Assembly: GCA_028023455.1 (NCBI GenBank)
Contig: JAQFVV010000003.1
Location: 6,076,001-6,140,000, forward strand
DNA: 64,000 bases
Origin: Epiperipatus broadwayi
Lineage: Eukaryota; Animalia; Onychophora
Direction of reading: 5' to 3'
Shown here: positions 12,268 through 26,289 of the stretch, in pieces
Numbering within the stretch: position 1 is the stretch's first letter
How the letters are laid out: each line of letters begins with the position of its first letter
Translations under genes and position numbers: made by a program
Notes under the pieces: generated by a model
Told to the model about the DNA's origin: nothing
The model's input: only the letters and a program-made list of their open reading frames with translations
Databases searched by the model: none

Positions 12268-14370
12268 GTGCATGAAGAAAGTTGCTACTGCCATAAATAT
12301 CATAACTTTCTATATATTATATGCAATCTATACAGTATCTTTACTTAGTTAGTGGTTATTATAAAATGATTCTTAACATGAAGTGTTAATGAAAAGACTT
12401 AGCTACAATATGTTAATAAAATTTTGTTTATGCTATTGCTTTAATTCATTATAAATAGTTTATGACAATTCATGATAATTTGTGAACAGAAGATTTTTGA
12501 TAAAGAAGTGGTTTACTATAGATTTTTTAACACTATTATAAATATTGAAGATAATTCATTCTGCCACAATTATCTAATTCTGAAACATGCACAGTATCAC
12601 CCACAAAAACGTTAGTTTGAAAAACTTGCTTAGTAGCAACATTATTGAAACAGCTGATATATTTGTAAGAATAGAGGATTGGAATAAACCAATGTTAAAA
12701 TTATAATATCTATGAGAGATTAAATTGCATATATGTATCTGTCTATTTTTGTGTAACAATTAAGTATTGTATTGAAAGCAAGTGCATAAACAATCAATTT
12801 TGAATTCTTGGTAAAGTGCTCTCCATAATCTCGTAAGCTATTGAACTTTTAATCCTATATATAGATTAAATGTTAACCAGCCTTTAAATGGCTCGTGGCA
12901 AAACTCAGACATGCTCTCTTTCTATAGAGATCATTGAAGAAGACACCTTCACTGGTCATGCCACTTAATTAACGTTGGAACTAAACAGTTATTTATCATT
13001 ATATATATATCATAACAAAAGGAAGTCAGATAAAAATAATATTAAAATATTTATGGGATTAATTAATAAAGTCTATTTTAAATGCTTCTTTAAAAAATCT
13101 TTTTCTAGTTATGTAACTTTCTATTAATCTCAGCAGAGAGCTGAGATTCATCGAGGTAAGCAAAATCTTGGAAGTAAACAAGACTTCACCCAGCTATCAG
13201 AAGAAGAAACTTTACCAATCTCTTTGAAAATTTACATTTAGATTTACTGGCTTAATCTCCAGAGGAATTACTTTTTAAGATGTAAAATTAATCAGAATTT
13301 TAAAACTTCTTTTAAAACAAAATATAAATCTTTAAAATAAAAGCCATATATCAAAATTATTTTAGAAAATATACAGACTACATCAAAAAACATTTCTATG
13401 ATGATTAGAACTAGATTTAATTCTATTCGTAGCTGGAGGTGAGTGACTTCGTTTGATCCATGTATCCGTGTGTGTTTCTTCTTCCTTGACTTTAGCATGC
13501 ACAATTATTATCAATTGTTCCATTATTATAACCATATGAATAAAATATAATTTAATCTATTTCAAATGCCTTTTAATTATTATTTTAATGAAATCAGCTG
13601 CATTGAACAATTTTCATCGGTCTAGGTAGGAAAAACAAAATTATATATAAATCATATTATAACTACTTTAATAATTATACTCTATATGCATCGTGTAGAG
13701 GTAAAATGGTGGACTTAAAAACTAATGTTCTAGTGCTCAAACATCAAATGACCCTCAAAGCAAATAACCATTTGGTATTTTTAACGATTACATATACTGT
13801 CACATGGTTATAGTGAAATTTGTAATATATATAATTTAATTCTTTCTAATGAGAACAGATTATGGATGTCCAATACAGTCAAAACATTCTGTTAAAATAA
13901 AATACAAAAACATTAAAAAAAAGTTATGTATATAATTATTAACAGTCTACAAATGCATCAATAGTAACTATGGCATTAAGTAATCTTTGCATCTCTGTAT
14001 TTATTTTGAATTTATATAACATTTGACATTGAACCTGGGTAAAACTTTACAATTATTCAAGAAAATAAAAAAAAATTTAAATTCAAGTTTAGAAATTTTT
14101 CAGATGTATTCAGTGCACAACAAACTAAGAAATCTGTTGCCTACTTATATTTAGTAAAAGTGTGACCCAAAAGAAATTCTGTTAAACCATCACAAGTGGT
14201 AACTGATGAGCTTAGTGAACAAAGCCTTCCTAACTATTTTTTTTAGTGGATAGGTGCTGAAGTGGTCTTTGCTTTGCAATTGACTACCTGAGAAATATAT
14301 ACAATGGTCAAATATTCAGTATAAAAATTATTTGTCCACAATGTTGTTATAGACATATACTTAATATAAT

Positions 14371-14668
14371 AATTAATCTAAATAAAATTGAACAAACAAC
14401 TAATTATATTACAATGATTTAATTATCAATCTGGCTTTCATCTCTTGTTGAAACCTTTTCAAGATATGAAGTTTTATACATCACATAACCTATTAATTTC
14501 ATTTACTCCACCTATTGGACAATGGGTAGAGTAAATGAAATTAATAGATCATGTGATGTATAAAACTTTTTATCCTGAAAAGGTCTCAGTAAGAGATGAA
14601 AGCTAGATTGATAATTAAATAATTGTAAATTGAATTAGTTGTTTGTTTCAATCTTATTTAAATTGATT
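14371..14668. mobile_element. Inverted repeat (~140-bp arms) with variant hammerhead in each arm (family C)
   Basis: Right arm 14572-14608: atc-CTGAAAA-g-gtctc(agtaa)gagat-GAAA-gcta-gat. The left arm carries the mirror copy at 14427-14466. Confidence 0.75.
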
Positions 14669-15885
14669 ATTATATACTTGAAAAATGTTTCACCATATAT
14701 GGCTCATATTGGCTAATGAATTTATTTGCCATGCCCACAGCTTCACATTCATTTCTCTTGAAACTTGTAAAAAATTCTGACTGCAATAAACTTAGAATTA
14801 TTGTTCATGAAGATGATATTAGTTAGAAAATTAAATTGAGAAAAACCAGTAAATTTTCATTATTTGTAATTTAACTAGCCTGGTATTTTCATCCCCTTCC
14901 TTGTTTTTATATAAAGAGATATGGTGAAATACTGGAAAGTTTGACCTCTTTAAAAAAAAACTATTTAGAATTATTTTGTCTATTATACCCTTCATATAAA
15001 GGCAAATTATAAAAACAACAACAACAATATAATCTAAATGATGATTGTTAAGAAACAAATAAAGAGCACTTCTTTTTAATGATTTTAATCTTATTTTTAT
15101 CTTGTTTATATACTAATGCTTATTACTTGTATCATTTTGTTTTTATGTAGCGTAGGAGTCATATAATTATTCAAAAATAAATTACATACTCTATCTTTGC
15201 AATTTATATCTAATTGTACTGAACACTACTATTCAAGTTTGTATTTCAAATGAAGCTTAGATGATTATTATTATTTTTTTAAAAGATACATTGAAAATCA
15301 CAAATTATCCTATTTATCAATTAAATACTACATTTTCATTTTCAAAAGTAGATCAAGATTTAATTAGCAAAAAAAAATTCATGTAGTATAATAGTATTGA
15401 AATTTCTTAATGTTTTATTTATATTTATCATTGTTACACAGCTTTGCATAGTTTAGCACAGTGATAGAATAGTAAATTTTACAGTTCAAAGCTCATGGAT
15501 CATGGCACAGATCATTCTATTCTGGTACTCAAATTTTATGAAAACTCCAAACTGTTTGATTATATGTATATTTACTGTTATACATATACACACTTTCATG
15601 TAATTTTATTTTGTAATGTGTATAAAATTTTCTTGTCACAATTTGTCATTTTATTGTTGACATGGTTTTATTATAATTGTTATTACTATGTCTGTTATCA
15701 TAATTGTTGTCATATTACTATATCTATTGTTATCATTGCTATTTTTTACTGCCTTGGCTATTTTTGATACTTTTTTCAAAGAAATTATTATAACCAAATC
15801 TGTATCCTTATTAGCTAATGAAAATGATGCATTCATGTTGAGATAGATGGTTGAGATAGTAGTCATTTAGCAAATCTGTTCACTG

Positions 15886-16056
15886 ATGCATTGTAGTATG
15901 CACTGTGACTTCTTTTTCAGAGTCAGGAATCTCTCAGTCATTATTCCCAGAGAAACCTGTTAGCCACTTTACCTTCCCTTTCCATTCCCCACCTTAAATT
16001 TTTCCCATATTCTTCTCTATCCTGCTCCAACCCATTTCCACAACAAAATCTTTGTC
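15886..16056 (-). repeat. Dispersed repeat, homologous to 47489-47712
   Basis: cccagagaaacctgttagccacttt...ttccattccccac...ctgctccaacccatttccacaa matches the reverse complement of 47560-47700. Confidence 0.8.
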
Positions 16057-17973
16057 AACTCCATGACATTTATTATCTAAATCTCCCTTATTTTTTCACA
16101 AACCCAGTATAAAAACCAAGCCCCCACTTTCTGTATAATCACTTCTGCATTCTGTTTATGTGCTGATCCATAATATCAGTTATAGGTATCTAATTATATT
16201 TAGATAGCCAATAAAGGTCTCAAGTTAATCTAGGCCCATCATATAAGTCACAATACACTGCATGTAAAAATGAAATATAATTGTAATGTATTATGGCTAT
16301 GACAACTGATAGACAAAATATACTCTACAAGCAATAAGTCCATAATTATTTTTATTTTTTTCCCCCATTTTTTACTTTCAATGACTCTTGCTGATGAATT
16401 TATATTGTTATTCCTAATATGTAGTTATAACAGAATAATTTCATTTGCTCCAATGCTTTTTTAAAATAGTCATTTGCTTTTATCACAATATACTGTCTCT
16501 GCATTAAGTCAAGTGTTTATCTGCATAGTAAAGCTATTCCAGAGATTTTTAAATGTTTATATATGAGAAGCATTAGCATATAGTGTTCATATGTATACTG
16601 TACTTTGGCTACATGTTTCAGTGGTAATAAGACATCAACAACATTTTTGTCAAACATAATATCTAACAAATTTAGGGTATCCATATAGAAAACTACATAC
16701 CTTTTTTTCCAGGAATTTGTATCCAGTTATATGTCTTATCTAATATATGATTAACAATGCTAATTAATATTTGATCCAAAACATTATAACAGAACTAGTT
16801 ATTGACAACAATGCACTGGAGATATGTTAAATTCTGCATTTAATATGTTAATCACTTACAATCCTCAAGAGCACAGATTTACTTCAGACAATGAGGGCAA
16901 TTGTTCCCAGAATACCACATAAATCAAGAATCTCATATAAAAAATAATCATTATGTTTTCCTATGATTTAAAAAAAAAAAAATCTAATTTGTTATCACAG
17001 ATTCAAAATATACAATAAATGTTGAATATTCAATTTTTTTTTTTTAAAAAAAAAAAAAAAAGGAAATAGGAAAAAAGGTTGTAAATAATAAACAAACATT
17101 TCAGTGAGCATTTAATTAAAAAAAGTATTAATTTCACTACAGTAGTGTATAATGAATATAGTTTAAATGCTGTAATTTTTCTTAAATGATAATTTTACGC
17201 CATCCTTTTGAATTACAATGTTAAATGAGATTGATATTACATTGTCTCAAGATTCATGAATTTAAAATGGAAGGATGTACACACAAAAGTTAACATAATG
17301 TGTATTTCAAATTTTACTTTTTAGAGCAATTTACGTTATATTATCAAGTTTGTTTTATTTTTATTTTTGGTTGGTTTCATAATCCTATGAATTACTTTGA
17401 ATTTTTATTTGCAATATTAATTAAAAAACAAAATCAATGGACTGCTTTTTTTAAAAAGGGTATAGTTTAATTAAATAAAAACTACATCAAGAAAGGCAAT
17501 GTACAATTTATTACTAATTATTAAATCCTTTTTTCCCAACATGATTCATGTATGCAATGGTAAGCATTTTATCTGGGGTGGGGTTGGGAGATGATATCTA
17601 TTGGTATGGGATTACTAAATAAGAAGTGGTCTCTTTTTAAAGGATTTACATATTTTTGAATATTAAATAAATAAATTTAAATGTGTTTAAATATTAAAAT
17701 AATTATCAAGTGTACATAAAGCTCACGACACAAGGAAGTGACATTTCTATGATTATGATATGTTATATATTGAAAGTATGCTAAGCATTATTAAAAGCTA
17801 AGTTTAAATTATATAAATTACTTTTTCTGTATGATTGTCTATAAAATTTATATGAATATTATAATTATCCAAAAAAGAGAAAAAAATATTTGATTTTGAT
17901 TTAAATAAAAATTGTATTTACATAATATAGAAATAATTTTAATTTATTTTTAATACTATTTAATTCTCTATAT

Positions 17974-18160
17974 CAGTGGTTCTCAACCTGTGGGTCATGA
18001 CCCCTTTTGAGGGTCAAACAACCCTTTCACCAGGGGCACCTAAGACCATTAAAAAATACATTTTCGATTCGTAATAGTAGCAAAATTAAAGATCGGGGGT
18101 TACTACAACATAAGGATCTATATTAAAGGGTCACAGCATTAGGAAGGTTGAGAGCCACTG
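17974..18160. mobile_element. hAT MITE resembling SPIN/URR1
   Basis: TIRs cagtggttctcaacct / aggttgagagccactg, perfect 8-bp TSD ctctatat. The internal sequence resembles the URR1/SPIN non-autonomous consensus as I recall it. Confidence 0.9.
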
Positions 18161-19194
18161 CTCTATATCATGAAATTTATTTTTAATTACATCCATAAAA
18201 TTTGCATTTTTTTTGCAGAGATTATTTATTATATTTGCAATGAGAAGCCTTGTTTTGAGCATTTCAGAAATCCTATTTCAGATAACATTGCTTTCATAAT
18301 GTTACTATTTCTAAAAGAACAATAGTTTTACAAAATGGCCACTGTTTTATAAAAAATTGAGAACTTTTGAAAAAAGTCACAAATTTTTTTAAAGATTACT
18401 ATCTAGAAAATCCTCATGCAAATGCTTCTTGTATAAAGGGAATAGAGTGTATTTATAAAGTTGCAAAACATTTTCATTTTCACCCTTGAATCCCATAAGC
18501 AGTCTCAAATTGTGCTGACTTTATGTTATGATTTTTAATCCAACAGTGATGCACTGGAAGCATTTTAATGGATTATTTCTTATGCCAGTTATTATGCCTT
18601 GCATTATCAGGATAAAAATTAATGTCACTTATTTTACTGATTTCCAAATAGTATATTCAGAACTTATCTCAGATACACCATAGACATTATTTTCTTTGAT
18701 GTTGCTGACACTGCATAGAATTATGTTTTCCATTGTTTAGAGGTTTCAAAAAGTGTAGTGAATGATGTAATTGAACTAGCCAGTTTATGTGACTGCCAGC
18801 TATCTAATTTCCATTAGATAGTACCATCACTGTCATTACAGTAGCTAATGTTTTATATACTTGACATAATATATTACCTAAGGGAACTACATGGCCATTT
18901 TATGATAGTATCTTAATACTTACTTATCTCAGAAAAGCAAACTACCATCAATGATTTTATCATCAAACTTAATATTAAAGCATATAAAAAAATGATCAGG
19001 ACCAGATTCCTAAAAAAGTATTTTATAATGAATCTGAACATAATTTTTATGGAAGAGATGGATCCCACTTACATTATTAATATTGTACTTCTGTAGAATG
19101 TCTTTGACACAATCTACATTCAAAAAAAAAGTGCAAATGTCACTAATCTATTACTTCTTTTTTTTTTTTTGGTTATCTTAATATAAACTGATTA

Positions 19195-19355
19195 TATATG
19201 TGTGTGTGGGAGATGATCCGGACCAACTGATGACTGCTGGTCCAGCATGAAATCATTTATCTTTTTCACATGTAAGTGGTCAAGTGTATTGGTATAAGTT
19301 GGAATGGATAGTTGTAGGGAGCTTGAAAGTCTGAGTTAGTCCCTTCTAATTACAT
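19195..19355 (+). mobile_element. Family A element, hammerhead with deleted stem III/I'
   Basis: ggaccaa-CTGATGA-ctgctg(gtc)cagcat-GAAA at 19220-19252, then a direct jump to tcatttatctttttcac. Confidence 0.85.
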
Positions 19356-19960
19356 AAATACAATTTGTACACCTTACTTCAAGCACTATAGCAAAAACTT
19401 TTATTATATCTATATGCACACATAATCTGATATTTTGACTGTTTTGCAATCTTCCTCAGAGCTATGATAAATAAAATAAAATAAATGTATAAATAATATA
19501 ATAAACAAATGTAATTAAAAAATAAAAATAACAGAAAAATAAAAAAAATTATTTGTGATAAATTAAAAATGATAAAATACAATAATCCAGATAATATAAA
19601 ATAAAATATTCAATGTTAAATTGAAATATAAAATAAACAGATTTTACATATATACCCCAGTCTATATGTATTCATGAACAATCATTAATTTAAATTAATC
19701 ATATCTTTCTGCTATCTTTTTAATTCTTTTTTTAATATCCTCTAATTATTATTATTCCTTATGAATTAAATCAATATAAAAATGTAATTTTATTATCCCC
19801 AAATTAATAAAATATTTATGGTTTCATTCTTATATATTTATCTTAATATATCTTTATTTAAAAATTCATTGAGAAAATATGACTTAAGATAGAATATAAT
19901 GAAGAGTTAAATTAGGCAAAGTTAAATATATTAAATTTATTGAGTGCAAGCAGATTATAA

Positions 19961-20288
19961 TAATAACATGAAAGGCTGAAACCTTTGACAGATATGCCTT
20001 AAAAATACTTATAAGACAGCCAATCAGATGTAATAATGACTGCACAGAGAACTCTCAAGTCAAAACACAAGGCAGAGATTTTATGAAAAAAAAGATGGTT
20101 CCACCTACTTCTCTACTTAAATTTATATATAACTAAGCCAGCTTCAAGCATTTTGACCTAAGAGTGTGAAGCTTTAAATACCTTTTTCTTTCTTTTTCTC
20201 ATAAAATTTGACTTGAGAGGTCTCTGTGCAGTCATTATTACATCTGATTGTCTGTCTTATAAGCAGGTTTCAGCCTTTCACGTTATTA
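19961..20288. repeat. Inverted repeat, ~100-bp arms with indels
   Basis: taataacatgaaaggctgaaacct...ttataagacagccaatcagatgtaataatgactgcacagaga vs its reverse complement at ~20190-20288. Confidence 0.85.
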
Positions 20289-23200
20289 AACATTGTAAAT
20301 TCTTTCAAACAGTAAAGTTTAGACTACAGAAAATGTAAAAAGGCAGCATCAGAAGATATCATACAAAAGATTAAAGAATCAACATGTAATATAGTGAATA
20401 TATTTATAGTCATCAGATTAATTTACAGATTTTTGCAAAATTCATCTTTAATTTTCAATTATATATTTTTCTATTTTTGTTAATGTTATTCCAGAATTAG
20501 AATGTACATATATGATGATGATCGCTTTAGTGCTAAGTTGCCTCAACCTGCCTTCAGGTAGAAAATTTATCTTATATGCAATATTGAGCTACATTCTTGT
20601 TTTATTATTATTGCTGCTTTTTATCTATGATAGTCTTATCCAGGATTGTTATTATTTGATGTTCTAATATAATAACATATTTTTTTCTTTTATTATTTTA
20701 TCATATTTTTGATCATCATGATTTTTTTTTTTAATAAATAACTATTCTTTTTATCAGAAACTCTTTAATCATAGAGTTATTTTTATATATTCCAATATCT
20801 TTTTAAAAAATTTGAAATTTCTCTAGAAAGTCTGAGATCAAAAACATATTTTTACTTTGAAATAATTTATTCAATAGCGCAAAGAAATGATAATTACTAC
20901 CACTTGAAAGGGTTAAATTCCGTTTTAAAATATTTTTCAAAAATATATAACATTAAAAAAAAAAAATACATGGGAATAAATAAAATAGAAGAGCCATCGA
21001 AAACTGATATAATTCAATTTTTGTATATTAAAGTTATAGGTAAACAAACAATCCTTAGATACAACCCCTCACAAAAAAATAGTGAACGAAAAGACATTAA
21101 TCATTAGGCAGGCCAATTGATGGTTGGTGTGGATTTAAGTATTTTTCCATTCTTATTTATTTTCTAGTTAAGAATGAAATAAGATATCCACTTATCAACA
21201 AATCCCAAGTCTGATGTGACTGATAAATATCCGTTTTATACAGTCGTATTCAAACTTAGGTTATAGACATAGTTGGCAGATATGCTGCACTACAAACCTA
21301 TCATATGTACAGATAACATCTGAAAAAATAACAGAAATATCTGTCATAATTTTTTTGACATCTAAATGGAAATAAATATCAATGGTTATTTTTTTTTTTA
21401 CCAAGTAAAATCTTAAAATAAAAAGTATTTGCTAGAAAACTATGGTCATTTCCATAAATTAAATTTAAAAAATATTGAAGATCAACTATTGGGTGCTCAT
21501 TATCTGGATTATCAGTATTCAACACTTTAAAAATCATTTCAGGAATAAATATTTTAAAAATTAGTGACTATCTTCAATACAAAAAAAAAGAACAAAGCCT
21601 GCTAAATCAAGTTGGGGGGCAGGAGGGAATCAATACTTATTAGTAAGAAGAATTGGCTTGTGTAGTTCAATGCACTGATAGAATGAGAAACTTAAAAAAT
21701 TAAAAGTTCCTAGATCATAGCTCAATCTTCCATCTATACTGTTTAAATATCAAATGACCTCCTGAGCAACTGATCATTGTATTATATATTTTTAAAATTA
21801 CTGACAGATGTTACAGCATTAAGAAATAAATATTTGATAGCTCAAATGTAGAGGAAATTTATATGGAAGCTATTCTAAAACCCCAGTGAGTTATATGTAA
21901 TTCGTTTATTGACAAAGTTGTATTACTTTACATATAGCTCACATAAAACTAAAAAATGCAAAGCAACAATAGAACAAATCATTGTGAAAGTTATATACTT
22001 TTGAAAATTGTAGTGTTCATGGAAACAATATATAACTACTATCACAAAATTAACATACTATTGTTTTTCATATGAATGTTATTATAATCAGTCTCTAAAT
22101 TATTGAACTTCTTATAGAGGTCATTGATTTTCACAATATGTATCAATTGATCATATATATTCTTATGACTTTAGATTTTCAAACATTGTAAGACTTTATA
22201 TTTAAAACTAATTGTATGCAGAGAAAATTAATTCCTGTTACCCTCTAGATTTCATTAGAAAGCTCTGGATTTTACTATCATGTAGTGTCTAATAATTTTA
22301 CCTTTATTTATATTGCAGATTCTAGTAGTGAAGAAAGATGTCACATCATCATTATTATATACTGTTCACACATTTTAATCAATCTTATAACTAATAAATC
22401 TGCTTTAAGTTAATGATTCTAAAACATCTGCCAGATATAAATTGTGTTCTTTCTAGAAACCCAATACATATACACATATATATATATACACACACAAATA
22501 CACAGAGCATTATATATTAGACTAGAAAAATCTTTTGTCTTCTTTTTGTATAAAGAATGTTAACATCAAAATAAATAGTACACAATTATTTTTATATGTG
22601 GCTTGTATCAAGATATTAGTAGTAGATTCAAAAAATTTCTCTTTTGTAGTAATAATGCAAACAATCTCTTAGCATAATGGTTAATACATGCACTTACTAT
22701 GCCACAACCTGAGCTTTAAATTCATGTAATAAACATTTAAAATTGTTGGCTCACAATTAGGCTTAAGATTTTCTTTTCAACTAATTGACTCATAGTCAAC
22801 TCAATTAACCAATCAGTGATAGTAAATATTTAAATCATTTATAATCTAGATGTTAAGTTGCTCATGTAAGTATCAATGTGTTATTTGTTAAAAAAAAAAA
22901 AACATGATAGGAAGAGGCCTGGTACAAATTTTAGGCAAAGCTCTATCAAATATGGTTACAGGATAAAATGTTTTTGTAAACTCTGTTTCATTTGGTTTTA
23001 TTTTATAATCTAATTTCACTATCTTCTTTGTGTGTGGGTGTGTAGTTATGATTTTCTGATGTTCAGTATTTAATTCTTATATTTTACAAAAAATAAAATA
23101 AAAAGTTTCCAATAAACTCTGATAAACAGTTCTAGATCATTATACATTCATTAAATTATGCTTCACTCCTTTTCATACGGATGGTCAATACTAATTGTTG

Positions 23201-24673
23201 TGTTTGGCTGAATTGCAGTTTCAGACCCAAAACAACAGTAATATCAAAACAATATGAACCCACACAAAGTTAATATGTATAATTTATTAGAACAAATATA
23301 TATACATGTTATATCATTAATAAATACAATTTTATGTATAACTTAGTCAATAATGAGTTGGTCGTGCCCACATGACTGAATTCACTTCTAGCTGCATATA
23401 TTAGCTTACCTGGTGAGTTCTAGTCAAGACACTTCCCAGCTCTTCTGGACAGCTTACCTCAAGTCGGCTATAGTCATAGCAGTTTCAGTCCTATCATATA
23501 CTTGCCTCACTGCATAGACATATCAGTAATAACTATAGCACAATACCTTCGCAGTTGAAAGGGGTTTGAATTGAGAGCATATTCAGTCATTCAGATTAGA
23601 CAGATGAACTCTCTCTCCCTGGCTTGCCTCCAAAAAGGGCTATTTATCATCAGATTCCTTACCTTACTGGGAACAATTGAATTCAGAGAGCATCATTACC
23701 TATTGGCCCTTACTAACCAATGGTAGGATTTTATACACATGTTTATACATTGGTTAGCGGCAATGATTGCTCAATCTGATTAGATAAAGAAGGAATTTGG
23801 ACTAGTCCACTTCTGAAGGCAAGGTCAGATATGATCCTAATAATTTGAATGTTCTACATTTGTTTAAAATTTTCTGCAGATGCTCTTTTGAAATGGAAGA
23901 GCTTTAGTGAAAGTCAATCAATACTGAAGAAACAATAGTATTAAGACTAAAGTGGTTTATTGAGAATTGATGATTTACTTTGATAAATCTAAGAATTGAA
24001 GAGTGCAATTTCAATGGATGAATGATAGTTTTTTTATTAGTTAAAATGATGATGATGATTTGTTGAAATGTTATAACATCTTTTCATTAATAAGTATCAT
24101 TAAAAAGAATAATTTATTTTTAACGCGTTAATATTATTTATAATTACCTTAAACTTAAATAAATAATTAATTTCTAAACAAATATATTCTAGAAAATTTT
24201 GAAGTCATGATAATAAGACGATGTTTTGTTATTTTATCTAATGTTAAAAGGTCAAAGTCATTCAGGGAAATGTAAAAATATGCGCTAGATAAAAATAAAC
24301 AAATCAAATAAATTATTACACTTTGAATACATCAACTTTAGAACATATATGTAAAAAGGCATGCTTATTTTTCTACATAAATAAAATAAAGGCTAGCAAT
24401 TATCTCTAAATATAATATTATCACAAATAGATGATTAAAAAAATTAAATGATTATATTATGTTGGAAATAGAATTGCTACATAATTCAAACTCAGATTTT
24501 GTGTTCCATATCCTAAGATTTTATCTTTATTCTAGCTAATAGTATACATTAAAAGTTGCAGGAAGAGTGAGACTGGATCTAAATCCAGATCAGATAAAAC
24601 TTGAAACAACTTTTAGATTCTTATCAAGCTTAGAAATTTTTTTTAGATAATCTATTTAACTAACTAATCAGTA

Positions 24674-24920
24674 AATATATCTTATTAAATAATCGCAGTC
24701 TTCTTATATCTTTAAGCAAATAATTTTTATTAATATAATAACAGTTTCGACTGTTCCTGGCAGTCTTTTTCAAATCTCAATCTATTGCTCTATTTTTCAA
24801 TCTGCTTTCAGATTGATATCTTAAGGAAGACTGCCAGGAACAGTCGAAACTGTTATTATATTAATAAAAATTATTTGCTTAAAGGTGTAAAAAGACTGTG
24901 ATTATTTAATAAGATATATT
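24674..24920. mobile_element. Inverted repeat (~105-bp arms) with hammerhead remnant in each arm (family D)
   Basis: The right arm has a-gactg(ccaggaa)cagtc-GAAAC-t-gtt at 24828-24854. The 5' core is mutated (ttaagga on the right, ttgaaaa on the left). Confidence 0.75.
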
Positions 24921-24984
24921 GTTGTATATGAATAAACCAAATTATTGAAGAAGAAGAAGGAAGAAGTATATACAGAGTTAATCA

Positions 24985-25400
24985 GAAAATAGTTATTCTT
25001 ACTTAGAAATTAAAATAAGGATAGAAACTCTTTCAAATGACCAAACAGTCTAGTGAATAGTACTTTATTCTTCATTATTCCTAGACTTCTGACCAAAATG
25101 CTTCTATAAAAACTTGTTAAAAACACTTTAAAGTATCTTTTTCATAATGGATTCTAAACATCAGAAGTTGTTAAATTTTATAACACAGTTCTTAAAAAAC
25201 AAGTGGTAGAATGAATTAATAATATTAAAATATCAAACAAAAAGATTCTATTCAATCAAAAGCATAATTATTAGTGGAAATGGTTGAATGAATCAAGAGC
25301 TATCTGTTGAAGCTATGAAAAAAATTGGCTACATACAAGAAATGGTAATGGTTATATAGTAATAGTTATCCTTAACCAATGATTCTACAATACTACTTGT
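24985..25400 (+). mobile_element. Possible decayed Penelope-like RT thumb region
   Basis: Frameshifted translation gives SYLEIKIRIE...ILHYS...QNASIKT...NG, reminiscent of PLE RT C-termini. It lies directly after the family D repeat. Confidence 0.35.
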
Positions 25401-26289
25401 TTTCTGAATCAATCAATCAGTATATTGTCCAAACATTAAACATGTCTTCAAAAAAAGATACTTAATACACATTCATTACATGCAGATTATCTTTTTAAAT
25501 TGATAGTCTTTGGAGGCATTGCTTTGATTTTTACAGACAATTGGCATTGTAATTATCTATTGTTAATATATAAATACATGTGTGTGATATTATAAGTACT
25601 AAAATATATACATAATTAAATGCATAACTATAAACTACATCGTACCAAGTGGTTAGATTTTACAGTTTTCTTTCTTGTTTTATTTTCCCCATAAGAATAG
25701 CTAAATATTCAGTTACCAATGGATAATTAGATAGGTTATTTGTGACTTAACCTACTTGAAAAGTAATGTCCAAACTCCACTTGGATTTGAATTTCAGATC
25801 AATGGAAAGCACTAAACCCCTATGTCATATAACTTCTCCTATTTCTATATGCAACATAATCAATGATATATTAAAGACTTGGAACTTACTTAAAATATGA
25901 ATCAGAATATTAACTCTGATTCAATGAGAAATAATATAAAAATATATTGCCATGGTGCTGGTACACAGTCACGAAAGTCACTCAGCTAATTATTAAAAAA
26001 AAAAATCTTAAATGACATATAGATATACCCGTGAGTCCTTGCTTACAGCCAGACTGGTTCAGGTGAAATGTACACTATGGGCACAATTTACTTAATTAAG
26101 GACTGTAAGCCTTGAAAATTAATAATTTTTGTAACAATATTGTGTAACGTGTGTATAAAAATATTTATACGGTAATGTGTGCCTGTACATATATATATAC
26201 TTTCATACATAGATGTAAACACACATACACACAAAATGATAAATATAATGTTTTCTTTTTTACTGATAATTGCTTTTATCTATTAAAAA

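Noticed and set aside
14203-14232. CTGATGA followed by a gctt...aagc stem
   Set aside because: No GAAA box follows, so it is not a hammerhead.
23340-23830. GC-richer block with several splice-donor-like sites
   Set aside because: All frames close quickly and no element ends or family were recognised.
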